This document shows positions 6,322 to 15,371 of a stretch of DNA of 15,371 bases, piece by piece. Positions within the stretch are counted from its first letter, which is position 1. Each line of letters begins with the position of its first letter. The position numbers and the translations under genes are program-made. Below the pieces are notes generated by a model, which worked only from the letters and a program-made list of their open reading frames with translations, was not told the origin of the DNA and ran no database searches. Source of the stretch: an uncultured Dictyoglomota bacterium. GTDB lineage: Bacteria; Dictyoglomota; Dictyoglomia; Dictyoglomales; Dictyoglomaceae. The stretch is taken from the NCBI GenBank assembly GCA_964654465.1, contig CAZZIO010000046.1:1-15371 (forward strand), written 5' to 3'.

Positions 6322-8116
6322 ATGAGACAATTTCACTATTTCTTTCCTCCCAATAATTAAATTGGGACATAAACATATGATAATAAATTCCTTTCTTTTT
6401 CATAAGTTCCTCATGATTGCCTATCTCTAAAATCCTTCCGTTTTCAATAACTATAATTTTGTCAACATTTTGCACAGTAGATAGTCTATGAGCAATAATA
6501 ATAGAAGTTCTTCCCTTAAGAAGGATCTCAATTCCCATTTGAAGTAATCTCTCAGTATAGGTATCTACACTCGCTGTTGCCTCATCAAGTATTATAATTT
6601 TAGGATTTGCAATAAGAGTTCTTGCTAAAGAAATTATTTGTCTTTGTCCTAAAGAAAGCCTCATACCTCGCTCATTAATGTTTGTATCATAACCCTTCTC
6701 CATATTAGAGATAAAATCATGGGCATAAACCTTCTTTGCTGTCTCAACTACTTCATCATAAGTAGCATCAAGTCTTCCATATTTTATATTTTCAAGAATA
6801 GTACCCGAGAATAAAAATGTATCCTGAAACATTACTGCGATCTGTTTTCTTAAGCTCTCTAATTTAATCTTTTTAATATTTATCCCATCAATAAGAATCT
6901 CTCCTTCTTGTGGATCATAAAATCTACATAACAGATTAACAATAGTACTTTTACCTGCACCTGTATGTCCAACAAGAGCCACTTTCTCCCCAGGTTTTAT
7001 TTTAAAACTTACATTATCCAAAACCTTTCTCTTTCCATCATAAGAAAAGGAGACATTTCTAAATTCTATTTCTCCCTTTATATCAATATCTATTGCATCT
7101 TCTTCCTCTTTTATATTGGGCTCTATATCCATTATTTCAAATATTCTCTCCGCACTTGCCATGCCTATAACAAAATTGTTATATAAATTAGAAAGGTTCA
7201 TTATAGGTCTCCAAAACATGCCTATATAGCTTGTAAATGCAATAAGAAGGCCTACAGAAATATCACCTGAATTTATCATCTTTACTCCAAAATAGAAGGT
7301 TATAACAGTACCTATTCCCCAAGAAAACTCCACCATAGGCCAGAATAAATCATTTATTCTCACAGCTCTAACAAAAGCCTGCCTTACATCCCACGCAAGC
7401 TCTGAGAATATATTTGCTCTATATTTTTCTGCTGTAAAATATTTAACAACTCTTATTCCAGAAAAGTTTTCATGAGTAAAAGCATTAAGGGTAGATCCCT
7501 TTTTCCTTACTACTTGCCATCTTTTTCTGCTTATGGTTTGTATTGAAAAAAGAACTATAAACAAAAGAGGCAGCATAGACATAGCGTATAAAGCAAGTTT
7601 TGAATTAAGATAAAACATTATTAACAAAGTAGCAATTATAGTAACAGAATCAGGTATAAGATTTGTAATACTCATATTAAAAAGATTTGCTAAAGAGTTT
7701 ACGTCACTTATTATTCTTGACAAAATTTTTCCCACTGGTCTTTCATCAAAAAAGGTAAAAGAAAGCTGTTGAATATGATTATATAAATCTTGCCTAATAT
7801 TTAATAATATTCCATGGGTAATCTTTGACATTCTTTGAGTTCTTTTCTTAGCAGATATCATAGATATGAGATTTAAGACAATCATTAAAATGCCAACAAG
7901 AATTAATCCATTACTATCCTTATCTTTAATAAATCTATCAATAGCAAATTTTATAAAATATGGGTTTAGAAGATCCACTGCCATAACCACAAAAATAAAA
8001 AATAACACTATAAAGACTTCTCTCTTATATGGCTTCAAATATTTAAAAAGCCTCTTAAGTATGTCTATACTTACCTTCTCTTCTAACTTTTCGTCTTCTC
8101 TTAATGCATAAGGCAT
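6320..8116 (-). CDS. ABC exporter, fused TMD-NBD subunit B of a heterodimer (TM288/TmrA-like)
   Basis: N-terminal 6-TM domain, Walker A GHTGAGKS, degenerate signature LSLGQ, Walker B IIILDE, H-loop IAHR. SD GAGGGGG lies inside the upstream gene. Confidence 0.93.
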   Translation of the reverse strand: MPYALREDEKLEEKVSIDILKRLFKYLKPYKREVFIVLFFIFVVMAVDLLNPYFIKFAIDRFIKDKDSNGLILVGILMIVLNLISMISAKKRTQRMSKITHGILLNIRQDLYNHIQQLSFTFFDERPVGKILSRIISDVNSLANLFNMSITNLIPDSVTIIATLLIMFYLNSKLALYAMSMLPLLFIVLFSIQTISRKRWQVVRKKGSTLNAFTHENFSGIRVVKYFTAEKYRANIFSELAWDVRQAFVRAVRINDLFWPMVEFSWGIGTVITFYFGVKMINSGDISVGLLIAFTSYIGMFWRPIMNLSNLYNNFVIGMASAERIFEIMDIEPNIKEEEDAIDIDIKGEIEFRNVSFSYDGKRKVLDNVSFKIKPGEKVALVGHTGAGKSTIVNLLCRFYDPQEGEILIDGINIKKIKLESLRKQIAVMFQDTFLFSGTILENIKYGRLDATYDEVVETAKKVYAHDFISNMEKGYDTNINERGMRLSLGQRQIISLARTLIANPKIIILDEATASVDTYTERLLQMGIEILLKGRTSIIIAHRLSTVQNVDKIIVIENGRILEIGNHEELMKKKGIYYHMFMSQFNYWEERNSEIVS

Positions 8117-9847
8117 TTAAACTAATTCCCCCTCAATAAAGGCAAATTTTCCGTACTGCTCTTGATAAATCTCATAATACCTACCCTTTTTTCTTAAAAG
8201 TTCCTCATGTTTTCCTCTTTCTATAATCTCTCCCTTATCAAGTACTATTATTTCATCAGCATTTTTTATTGCAGAAATCCTATGAGCAATAATAATTTTT
8301 GTTACTCCCTTATATTTCTCCAAAGATTTTTGAATATAAAGCTCTGTCTCCAAATCAAGAGCAGAAGTAGGATCATCAAGAATCAAAATCTTAGCAGATC
8401 TTACCAATGCACGAGCAATAGTTAGCCTTTGTTTCTGACCTCCAGAAAGGCCAAGACCTCTTTCTCCTATAACAGTATCAAGCTTTTCTGGTAGCCTCAT
8501 TACAAAGTGATAGGATCTTGTATCCTTTAAAGCTTGTATTATTCTTTCATCATCTATATCCTTCCCAAGTTTTATATTCTCCCTTACTGTATCAGAGAAA
8601 AGAAATATATCTTGAGGAACATATGAAAGATGTTCTCTCAAAAATTTTAAATCAATTCTTCTTATATCAATACCATCTATTAATATCTCACCTTCCCAAG
8701 GCTCATAAAATCTTCCTAATAAGTTCACTAAAGTGGTCTTCCCAGAACCTGTGAGCCCAATAATACCAAGAGTTTCCTCAGGTTTTAGATGGAAACTAAT
8801 TTTCTTTAACACATACTCATCTTTATATTTAAAAGATACATTCTTAAACTCTATTTCTCCCTTTATATCCCTAATATCTACTTTCTCAGTTATGTAAGGT
8901 CTTTCCGATCTCTCTTTAAATAACTTATCTATCTTCTTTAAGGAAGCCAAACACTGAGCTAACATATTAACAATCCAACCCCCTAATCTCACAGGCCATA
9001 CAATCATAGAAACATACCATGAATAAGAAACTAACGTACCAATAGACATCTTTTCTGCAATTACTAAAAGTCCGCCAATAGTAATAGATAAAGCTATTGA
9101 AAAATTAGTTAAAAATTCCATCCAAGGAAAATACTTTGCAAAAATATTTGCCTGTTTTACATTTAACTCATAATTTCTCATATTCTCTTTAAAAAACTTC
9201 TCTATCTCATATTTCTCTCTACCAAAGGATTTTACAACTCTTATTCCAGCTATATCTTCTTGAGCAGTAGTATTCATTCTAACCCCTTGATCTGATATCT
9301 CTCCATATACCTCATCATTTTCTTTTTCAAGTCTATAAGCTGTATAGCCGATAAAGGGAATTACGAGAAGTACTATTAAAGTTAATCTGAATTCAATAGA
9401 GAAAAGGATTATACTGGCGATAATAAAATAAAAAAGCTGTTCTATAAAAAAGACCAACCCAAAACCAAAAGTAAACCAAATATTTTCAATATCTTCTCTG
9501 ATTCGGGACATAAGCTCACCAGTATTTATGCCATCAAAAAAAGAAAAAGGCAAAGTTTGAAGATGTTCGAAAAGATCCTTTCTCAGCTCATAAGCAAGTC
9601 TTGATCCACCTAAATCCATAAAATATTCTTTAAAGTATCCAAGAAATACTCTGGAAATTGTTATCAAAGTTAAGAATAGAAGTAATCGAGATAAAGGAGT
9701 TATATCTTTCCCTATAATTACTTTATCAACAAGCACTCCAACAATTTTAGGATTAAACATATCAAGAGATAAAGCCAAAATAGCGCAGAAAATAGCCGAT
9801 AAAAAAAAGTGCAAGTTATTCTTTATATATTTCTTTAATCTCATCAT
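8117..9847 (-). CDS. ABC exporter, fused TMD-NBD subunit A of a heterodimer (TM287/TmrB-like)
   Basis: TM domain, Walker A GLTGSGKT, signature LSGGQ, degenerate Walker B ILILDD. Its stop codon directly abuts the partner's ATG (TAA-ATG). Confidence 0.93.
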   Translation of the reverse strand: MMRLKKYIKNNLHFFLSAIFCAILALSLDMFNPKIVGVLVDKVIIGKDITPLSRLLLFLTLITISRVFLGYFKEYFMDLGGSRLAYELRKDLFEHLQTLPFSFFDGINTGELMSRIREDIENIWFTFGFGLVFFIEQLFYFIIASIILFSIEFRLTLIVLLVIPFIGYTAYRLEKENDEVYGEISDQGVRMNTTAQEDIAGIRVVKSFGREKYEIEKFFKENMRNYELNVKQANIFAKYFPWMEFLTNFSIALSITIGGLLVIAEKMSIGTLVSYSWYVSMIVWPVRLGGWIVNMLAQCLASLKKIDKLFKERSERPYITEKVDIRDIKGEIEFKNVSFKYKDEYVLKKISFHLKPEETLGIIGLTGSGKTTLVNLLGRFYEPWEGEILIDGIDIRRIDLKFLREHLSYVPQDIFLFSDTVRENIKLGKDIDDERIIQALKDTRSYHFVMRLPEKLDTVIGERGLGLSGGQKQRLTIARALVRSAKILILDDPTSALDLETELYIQKSLEKYKGVTKIIIAHRISAIKNADEIIVLDKGEIIERGKHEELLRKKGRYYEIYQEQYGKFAFIEGELV

Positions 9848-9904
9848 ATTAAATTACACCTTTATGAAATTTTATTTTCCAGTTATTTAGTAAGCCAAGT
9901 TTAT

Positions 9905-9910
9905 ATTATA
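9905..9910 (-). promoter_or_regulatory. Putative -10 (TATAAT) for the ABC exporter operon
   Basis: TATAAT on the - strand just downstream of the 9924-9963 terminator and about 57 nt before ATG 9847. No good -35. Confidence 0.4.
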
Positions 9911-9923
9911 TCCCTCCCCCTAC

Positions 9924-9963
9924 AAAAATAAAACCCCTTTCGCCTTATTCATGACGAAAGGGG
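9924..9963 (-). terminator. Rho-independent terminator of the murJ/metallophosphoesterase transcript
   Basis: On the - strand: CCCCTTTCGTC-atgaataa-GGCGAAAGGGG (11 bp including one G-U pair) followed by TTTTATTTTT. Confidence 0.85.
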
Positions 9964-9996
9964 GAATTAGAAAAATAAGATTTTTACTAAGGTTAT

Positions 9997-11397
9997 TTAT
10001 TTAACAACATTAAGATTCAAGTCTATTACAGTGTCATTGTCATCAGGGGGAAGATCAGAAAAATAAGAAATCAAAATTTTTCCTATTAAGATTTCATTAT
10101 CATCCTCAGAATGTGCTAAATTATCAAAGAATTCTAATACTAATTTACTAATTTTCTCGTCTCCTTTGTAATGAGAGATAATAGCATCAGGCAAAATATC
10201 AATGATCTTGGAATTTGGAGCTATATCCGAGGGTAAATCAATAGATAAAAGATTATTGGCCTTTAACATTGCCTCTACCCTTGATAAACCTTTCTTCATT
10301 AAATAACCCGCAAAATATTGTGGGATAATATTTTTTATCCCTGTCTTTAAAAAGTCATAAGCATAGTCTTGAAAAGAAATACCTTTTATATCGAAATCAA
10401 TCTTTTCTACCTTTTTATTACCGACAATTAGTTTGTTATCCTCTGTTAATGTTATCATTCTGTAAGGACACGGATATGTAACAAGAGAACCTGTCTCTAT
10501 ATCCAAGAGAAAATTACCATTTTGAAAATCCTTTCTCACTATATCTTGGGCATGGAAATGGCCAGTAAATATCACATTTAGTCCTTTTTCTGCAAATAAT
10601 TTAGCTACTTCCTCATAATTATTTATAATATATTCAGGAAATAACATCTTTTGACCTTCGAAGTGTTCTAAAATACCATGATGCATCATTCCAAAAACAA
10701 TTTTGTTTTCCTTTTTAGCAATTTCAACTTGTTTTAAAATCCAGTCTAAAGTCTCTTTCGATATTTCACCCTCTGTTTTTGAATATGGATTATATTTACA
10801 TGCATCTATAGCGATTATCCTTACATCTTTTATAGGTTCAACTACATAACTTAAAGAATTATTATCCACAGCTATTGCCTCTTTATATCCAAATTCCCAG
10901 TAAATTTTCTTAAACTCTTCTGGTGTCACACTTTTTACAGCTTCTACCTTATCCCCATCATACTTGTAAGCATGATTATTATTTATATCATGATTACCAT
11001 TTATAACATAAACTTTTTTACCGTTATCTTTTAGTTCCTTTAAATAACCGGCAAATTCAAGATGAGATATCTCTTCCCCATCTTTTGTCAAATCTCCTGG
11101 AATCAAAACAATATCCACATCACTACTTTTAAGATCTTCTATTACCGCCTTTAAAATAGCAGGACTTTCTAAGATCATCTTTCTATCCCTCATAATATAT
11201 TCTTCAAATTTAGGACCTCTTTTAATTAACAAGTTAGGGCTGAAGTAATGAGGATCAGAAAATATTGCTATTTTTGCTTTTACCTTTTCCATATTTGCCA
11301 TTGCAGGATTTAAAAAATTAAATAAAGATAGAAGTAAAAAAACTATAAGTAAACTCCCTATTACTAATACTACTGTTATACTTTTTTTCTTAAACAT
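9997..11397 (-). CDS. Calcineurin-like metallophosphoesterase with N-terminal signal or membrane anchor
   Basis: All five motifs present: SDPH, PGDLTKDG, GNHD, MMHH, GHFH. Basic then hydrophobic N-terminus. SD AAGGGGGT. Confidence 0.9.
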   Translation of the reverse strand: MFKKKSITVVLVIGSLLIVFLLLSLFNFLNPAMANMEKVKAKIAIFSDPHYFSPNLLIKRGPKFEEYIMRDRKMILESPAILKAVIEDLKSSDVDIVLIPGDLTKDGEEISHLEFAGYLKELKDNGKKVYVINGNHDINNNHAYKYDGDKVEAVKSVTPEEFKKIYWEFGYKEAIAVDNNSLSYVVEPIKDVRIIAIDACKYNPYSKTEGEISKETLDWILKQVEIAKKENKIVFGMMHHGILEHFEGQKMLFPEYIINNYEEVAKLFAEKGLNVIFTGHFHAQDIVRKDFQNGNFLLDIETGSLVTYPCPYRMITLTEDNKLIVGNKKVEKIDFDIKGISFQDYAYDFLKTGIKNIIPQYFAGYLMKKGLSRVEAMLKANNLLSIDLPSDIAPNSKIIDILPDAIISHYKGDEKISKLVLEFFDNLAHSEDDNEILIGKILISYFSDLPPDDNDTVIDLNLNVVK

Positions 11398-11516
11398 TAA
11401 CTTACCCCCTTTTTAAAATTTTTTCATTTTCAAATATAAGGGAAGTACATTAAACATGGGTTTAAATACTCTTAAGAATTTATTGGAAGAGTTCAAAGAT
11501 TTTTTAAAGAGGGAGA

Positions 11517-13124
11517 TTATTTAATTCCCAAAATTCCTGATACTAATTTTAAACCTTTATCAATTAGACTCCAAATTTTTCTTGCCTCATCAATTTTCCA
11601 TCTTTTTCCTAAATATAGATATAACATCACAACAATACCTATAGCAGAAAATAAATTAAAAGCAAGATAGATTTGTTTTGATGGTAAAACACAATCTAAA
11701 AATTTATAGATAAAAAACGCAAGCATACCTATAAGAGCTCCAGAAATCATAAATTTTATAATATCTCTTTTGGTCTCTTTTGAAAGAACTTCTCCTATTT
11801 TTAATCTAAAGGATCTGTAAAGCAGTACAAAAGAAATAAAAGAAGCTAAAGAAGTAGCAAGAGCAAGACCTCTATGGGCAAGAGGTTTAATAAATATAGT
11901 GTTTAATGCTATATTTGAAAGGAGAGCTAAAATAGAGTTAATAGTAGGTGTTTTTGTATCATGAAGGGCATAAAATCCTCTCACCATAATTAAATTAATA
12001 CTCATAAATACTAATCCAATAGAATAGAAGGTTAATGATTCTGATGTCCTTTGGGTAGCAATAGCATCAAAAGCTCCTCTTTGAAAAGCAAGCTGGACTA
12101 TAGGGGTTGAAAGAAATATGAGTCCAAAAGTGGCTGGAATAATAAAAAATAACAGTGCTCTTATGATTTTTTCTATAGATAGTTTGAATTTTTCTAAATT
12201 ATCATTTTGAGCACTAAAAGCAAGGTCAGTATATATGGCTGTAGCGAGGGCATTTACAAATAAATTCATAGGAAGTTGATAAATTCTACTTGCATAATTC
12301 AAGGCTGATATACTACCTTCAGAGAGATAAGATCCAAAAATTCTATCCACTGCCATATTTAAGATTCCTACACTTTGTCCCAAGAATATAGGCCCTATAA
12401 GGATAAGCGCTTTTTTTAGACCCTCATATTTTAGATTAAACTCCCATCTTAAATTTACCCCAATTCTTTTAAGAGCTGGAATAAGAAGAATATATTGGAC
12501 AAATACATTAGCAAGATAGCCCCATGGAAGTATGTAAGCCCCAAATATTTTATGAAATAAAAATATAGATATAATGAAAATAACACTTCCAAGTAGTCCT
12601 GCAAGATTTGGAATAAAAAAACTTTTTTGAGAATTATAAAGTCCAGTAATTAAACCATAAGTGCCCCAAAATATGATAGAAGGAAGCATAATATAGGTAA
12701 AACTTAAAGTAAGATTTCTTGTTTCTTGATTAAATCCTGGAGCCAAAATATTAACTATAAAGGGAGCTAAGAAGTACGCAAGAAGTGTAGTACCAATAAG
12801 GATTATCAATATGTCAGTAAGAAGAATAGAAGTAAACCTTTCTGCTTCTTCTTTTCCTTTCTTTTCTCTCCATTCAGCATAAAGAGGTATAAATACTGCT
12901 GATAATGCTCCTGAAATAAGTCCCGCAAGAACTCCAGGTATAGCTTGTGCCACTATAAAACTATCAGTAAATTTTTTTGCTCCAAAAAAGGCAGCAATCA
13001 TCATTTCCCTTAAAAAGCCTATTATCCTACTAATAGTTGCAAGGATTGTAATCAAGATTGCTGCCTGAGTGACGTTTTGTCTAAATATTAAATTTTTAAA
13101 CTTTTTCTTTAAACCACTATCCAT
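11517..13124 (-). CDS. murJ: Lipid II flippase MurJ (MviN)
   Basis: SRIIGFLREMMIAAFFGA, SAVFIP, LAPGF, GSISALNYASRIYQLP, FQRGAF, RGFYALHDTKTP, GLALATS. About 14 TM segments. Confidence 0.93.
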   Translation of the reverse strand: MDSGLKKKFKNLIFRQNVTQAAILITILATISRIIGFLREMMIAAFFGAKKFTDSFIVAQAIPGVLAGLISGALSAVFIPLYAEWREKKGKEEAERFTSILLTDILIILIGTTLLAYFLAPFIVNILAPGFNQETRNLTLSFTYIMLPSIIFWGTYGLITGLYNSQKSFFIPNLAGLLGSVIFIISIFLFHKIFGAYILPWGYLANVFVQYILLIPALKRIGVNLRWEFNLKYEGLKKALILIGPIFLGQSVGILNMAVDRIFGSYLSEGSISALNYASRIYQLPMNLFVNALATAIYTDLAFSAQNDNLEKFKLSIEKIIRALLFFIIPATFGLIFLSTPIVQLAFQRGAFDAIATQRTSESLTFYSIGLVFMSINLIMVRGFYALHDTKTPTINSILALLSNIALNTIFIKPLAHRGLALATSLASFISFVLLYRSFRLKIGEVLSKETKRDIIKFMISGALIGMLAFFIYKFLDCVLPSKQIYLAFNLFSAIGIVVMLYLYLGKRWKIDEARKIWSLIDKGLKLVSGILGIK

Positions 13125-13135
13125 AAACAGATGTA

Positions 13136-13141
13136 ATTATA
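13136..13141 (-). promoter_or_regulatory. Putative -10 (TATAAT) of murJ, very short leader
   Basis: TATAAT ends 11 nt before ATG 13124. No SD. Confidence 0.45.
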
Positions 13142-13206
13142 CATCAAAAATAGAGAATTTAAAAAGATCACGATTAATAATTTTTAATATTTCTTAAATA
13201 TTTCTT

Positions 13207-13215
13207 TGATATAAT
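13207..13215 (+). promoter_or_regulatory. Extended -10 (TGaTATAAT) of the ABC importer operon
   Basis: Perfect TGnTATAAT upstream of SD GGAGGTG (13242-13248). Confidence 0.6.
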
Positions 13216-13253
13216 AATTCGTGAAAAAAATAACAATTTGTGGAGGTGATAGC

Positions 13254-14168
13254 TTGAAAAATATATCTAAACTAATCTTCACATTAACCATTCTTCTCTT
13301 TATTCTTTCAGCAAACACCTTTTCCCAAATTCAAGAGATAAATGTTTTAATACCTTTTGGACCATCTATAATTCCCTTTGCTCCTTTAATGTCAAGCAAT
13401 AATCAAGTAGATATAAAAATTAACTTTATTATTTGGAGAACAATTGATGAACTGGCAATAAAAGTTAAAGATGGGAATTTTGATATATTGATTTCTCCTT
13501 TTGTAACCCTTGTAAATCTTCAAAATAAAGGAATTATTAAAGCAAGACATTTAGCCACATTTAACTGGGCTTCTTTTTATCTTGTTACTAATAAAAATAA
13601 GAAAGATTTTGTAGGAGAAAATATATATATCGCTCAAAAAGGATCAACCCAAGATATTATATTTTCTATTTATCTACAGGAAAAGAATTTAAAAGACAAA
13701 GTCCATATCTACTATTCTACACCTCAAGAAATAACCACACTTTTTATAGCTAAAAAGATAAATTATGCCCTACTTCCAGAACCCTATGTTTCCATGTGCC
13801 TTTCTGAAGGAGGATCTATAATCCTCGATATCCAAAGGGTATATAGAGATTTTAATAAAGCCCATCTTCCTATAACATCTATAGGTATTAATGAGAAAAT
13901 AAGGAAAGATTTAGTAATAAAAATAGATAGAATTTTTAGGGATAATTTCAAGAAACTTCATGATAATCCAGATCCTTTTATAGAAAAAGCATCCAGTATA
14001 TTGAAGATAGATAAAAATATAATAAACTTATCCTTTAAGAGACATTCCTTTAGATATCAAGGAAACTCAGCTAAAAAAGACTTATTAACATTTTTAAACT
14101 TTATTTTGGAAAAAACACCTCAAGTAATAGATAATAAATTGCCTAATGAAGAATTCTTTAAGATTTAA
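13254..14168 (+). CDS. ABC importer substrate-binding protein (NitT/TauT, SsuA/THI5-like). Likely TTG start at 13254.
   Basis: Signal-peptide-like N-terminus (MKNISKLIFTLTILLFILSANTFS), KGST and YALLPEPY motifs of this SBP class, operon context. SD GGAGGTG 5 nt before TTG. Confidence 0.8.
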   Translation: MKNISKLIFTLTILLFILSANTFSQIQEINVLIPFGPSIIPFAPLMSSNNQVDIKINFIIWRTIDELAIKVKDGNFDILISPFVTLVNLQNKGIIKARHLATFNWASFYLVTNKNKKDFVGENIYIAQKGSTQDIIFSIYLQEKNLKDKVHIYYSTPQEITTLFIAKKINYALLPEPYVSMCLSEGGSIILDIQRVYRDFNKAHLPITSIGINEKIRKDLVIKIDRIFRDNFKKLHDNPDPFIEKASSILKIDKNIINLSFKRHSFRYQGNSAKKDLLTFLNFILEKTPQVIDNKLPNEEFFKI

Positions 14169-14883
14169 AATAATATTTTGGATTATATTTTTTATATTTT
14201 GGTACCTTATGGGGTTAAGGGTGAATTCCCCTGCCATATTCCCTTATCCCCATAAGGTAATCTTAAAGACCATTTCTTTACTTAGTGACACAGAATTTTT
14301 ATACCACCTCAGTTTAACTATTATTAGATCATTAGTAGGCCTCTTTTTAGCCTTCTTTATAGGATTTATATTAGGAAACATAAAAAATAAAAAATTCTAT
14401 GTGGGAATAAGGAATATAATAGATATTTTTCAGAGTAATCCTTTAATTATATGGATTACCTTAGCCTTACTATGGTTTGGTTTTGGAAGCAGAACTGTCA
14501 TTTTTACTACCTTTATTATGCTATTTCCTAATCTTTATCTTTCTGTCTATCATGCTATTAAAAATGTCCCTACTGAATATATAGAACTTTTCAAAATATA
14601 TCCCATCTCTAAAAAGGATTATATTACCAAATTCCTAATTCCTTATATTAAACCATTTATACTTCCAGTATTAGCAAATTCAACCATTTCATCCTTCAAA
14701 ATATCAGCCATGTCTGAATTTTTTGCTACTAATAATGGAATAGGCTTTCTCTTAAGCTATGCAAAAACCTTTCTCAATACTGAATATATCTATGCCATAT
14801 CTATATATCTCTTTATTATAAGTAAACTCTTAGAATACATATTTAGAAAAATGAATATCTTAAAGGAGGATCTTAAATCGTGA
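14146..14883 (+). CDS. ABC importer permease (NitT/TauT, SsuC-like)
   Basis: FPYPHKV, HLSLTIIRSLVG, NPLIIWITLALLWFGFG, SEFFATNNGIGF. Overlaps the SBP stop codon. Confidence 0.88.
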   Translation: MKNSLRFKIIFWIIFFIFWYLMGLRVNSPAIFPYPHKVILKTISLLSDTEFLYHLSLTIIRSLVGLFLAFFIGFILGNIKNKKFYVGIRNIIDIFQSNPLIIWITLALLWFGFGSRTVIFTTFIMLFPNLYLSVYHAIKNVPTEYIELFKIYPISKKDYITKFLIPYIKPFILPVLANSTISSFKISAMSEFFATNNGIGFLLSYAKTFLNTEYIYAISIYLFIISKLLEYIFRKMNILKEDLKS

Positions 14884-15371
14884 CTGCAATTAATATTATA
14901 AACCTGAAAAAAAGCTTTGATGACAAAAAAGTATTAAATGGAATATTTTTGAAAGTAGAAGAAGGAGAAAAAATTGTAATCAAAGGCCCAAATGGCTGTG
15001 GTAAAACCACTCTTCTTAAAATTATTGCAGGCCTAATAAAGCCTGATGAAGGTATTGTAGAAATAGGACCAGGCATTAAAATATCCTCTATGTTTCAAAA
15101 TCCTATCTTTTTGCCCTGGTTAAATATGGAAGAAAACCTTAATTTAACTTGTAAAGATCCAGTAAAATTAAAAGAACTTATAGATTATTTTAAATTGAAA
15201 AATTACCTGAATCTATTTCCTCAACAGCTTAGCGGGGGTTATCTGCAGATATTTTCTTTTGTAAGGACTCTTACTATTCCCCATAATTTATTACTCCTTG
15301 ATGAACCCTTCAAATCTCTGGATATAAATCTGAAAGAAAAAGCTAAAGCCTTTCTTAAATATCATTTAGAT
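14880..15371 (+). CDS. ABC importer ATP-binding subunit (SsuB/TauB-like); runs off the right edge
   Basis: Not in the ORF track. GTG start overlaps the permease TGA (GTGA), SD AAGGAGG at 14863-14869. Translation MTAINIINLKKSFDDKKVLNG...GPNGCGKTT...MFQNPIFLPW...FPQQLSGGY...LLLLDEPFKSLD. Confidence 0.92.
   Translation, partial: MTAINIINLKKSFDDKKVLNGIFLKVEEGEKIVIKGPNGCGKTTLLKIIAGLIKPDEGIVEIGPGIKISSMFQNPIFLPWLNMEENLNLTCKDPVKLKELIDYFKLKNYLNLFPQQLSGGYLQIFSFVRTLTIPHNLLLLDEPFKSLDINLKEKAKAFLKYHLD

Noticed and set aside
5792-8754. Short ORFs 5792-6013 (-), 6965-7186, 7866-8111, 8207-8425, 8518-8754 (+)
   Set aside because: Fully antisense to the dinB-family or ABC exporter genes. Composition is typical of shadow frames.
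11468-11492. ACTCTT...AAGAGT inverted repeat between murJ and the phosphoesterase
   Set aside because: Only 6 bp with a 13-nt loop and no convincing U-tract.
13173-13188. Imperfect palindrome ATTAATAA/TTTTTAAT between murJ and the SBP gene
   Set aside because: All-AT and imperfect. Expected by chance.
14873-15076. 67-aa - strand ORF
   Set aside because: Antisense to the ABC ATPase frame that starts at 14880 and has Walker A/B motifs.
1-15371. CRISPR arrays, IS elements, integrases, prophage genes, rRNA/tRNA
   Set aside because: No regularly spaced repeats, terminal inverted repeats or corresponding coding motifs were seen.

Overview
AT-rich bacterial window, mostly housekeeping and envelope genes. 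The low GC, Lys/Glu/Ile-rich proteins and thermophile-type peroxiredoxin suggest a thermophilic anaerobe such as Dictyoglomus; this is inference only. In order: (-) a surface-polysaccharide operon start with a CapD/PglF-like dehydratase, UDP-GlcNAc 2-epimerase and an unlisted minimal nucleotidyltransferase (MNT) running off the left edge; (+) a Prx6-type peroxiredoxin; (-) an MFS transporter; (+) a DinB-family protein; (-) a heterodimeric ABC exporter pair; (-) an exported metallophosphoesterase; (-) murJ; (+) a NitT/TauT-type ABC importer running off the right edge. The most notable unannotated element is in the dinB/ABC-exporter intergenic gap. A near-consensus promoter (TTGACA-17-TACCTT with extended TG) and a + strand intrinsic terminator bracket about 140 nt with no real ORF. 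This stretch has an A-rich repetitive 5' half and several C-rich anti-Shine-Dalgarno-like motifs, making it a candidate novel trans-acting sRNA. Also seen: a CRP/FNR-like palindrome at about -41.5 of the polysaccharide operon promoter, a Fur/PerR-like box before the peroxiredoxin, and probable leaderless or very short-leader mRNAs. No CRISPR, tRNA, rRNA or transposase was seen.
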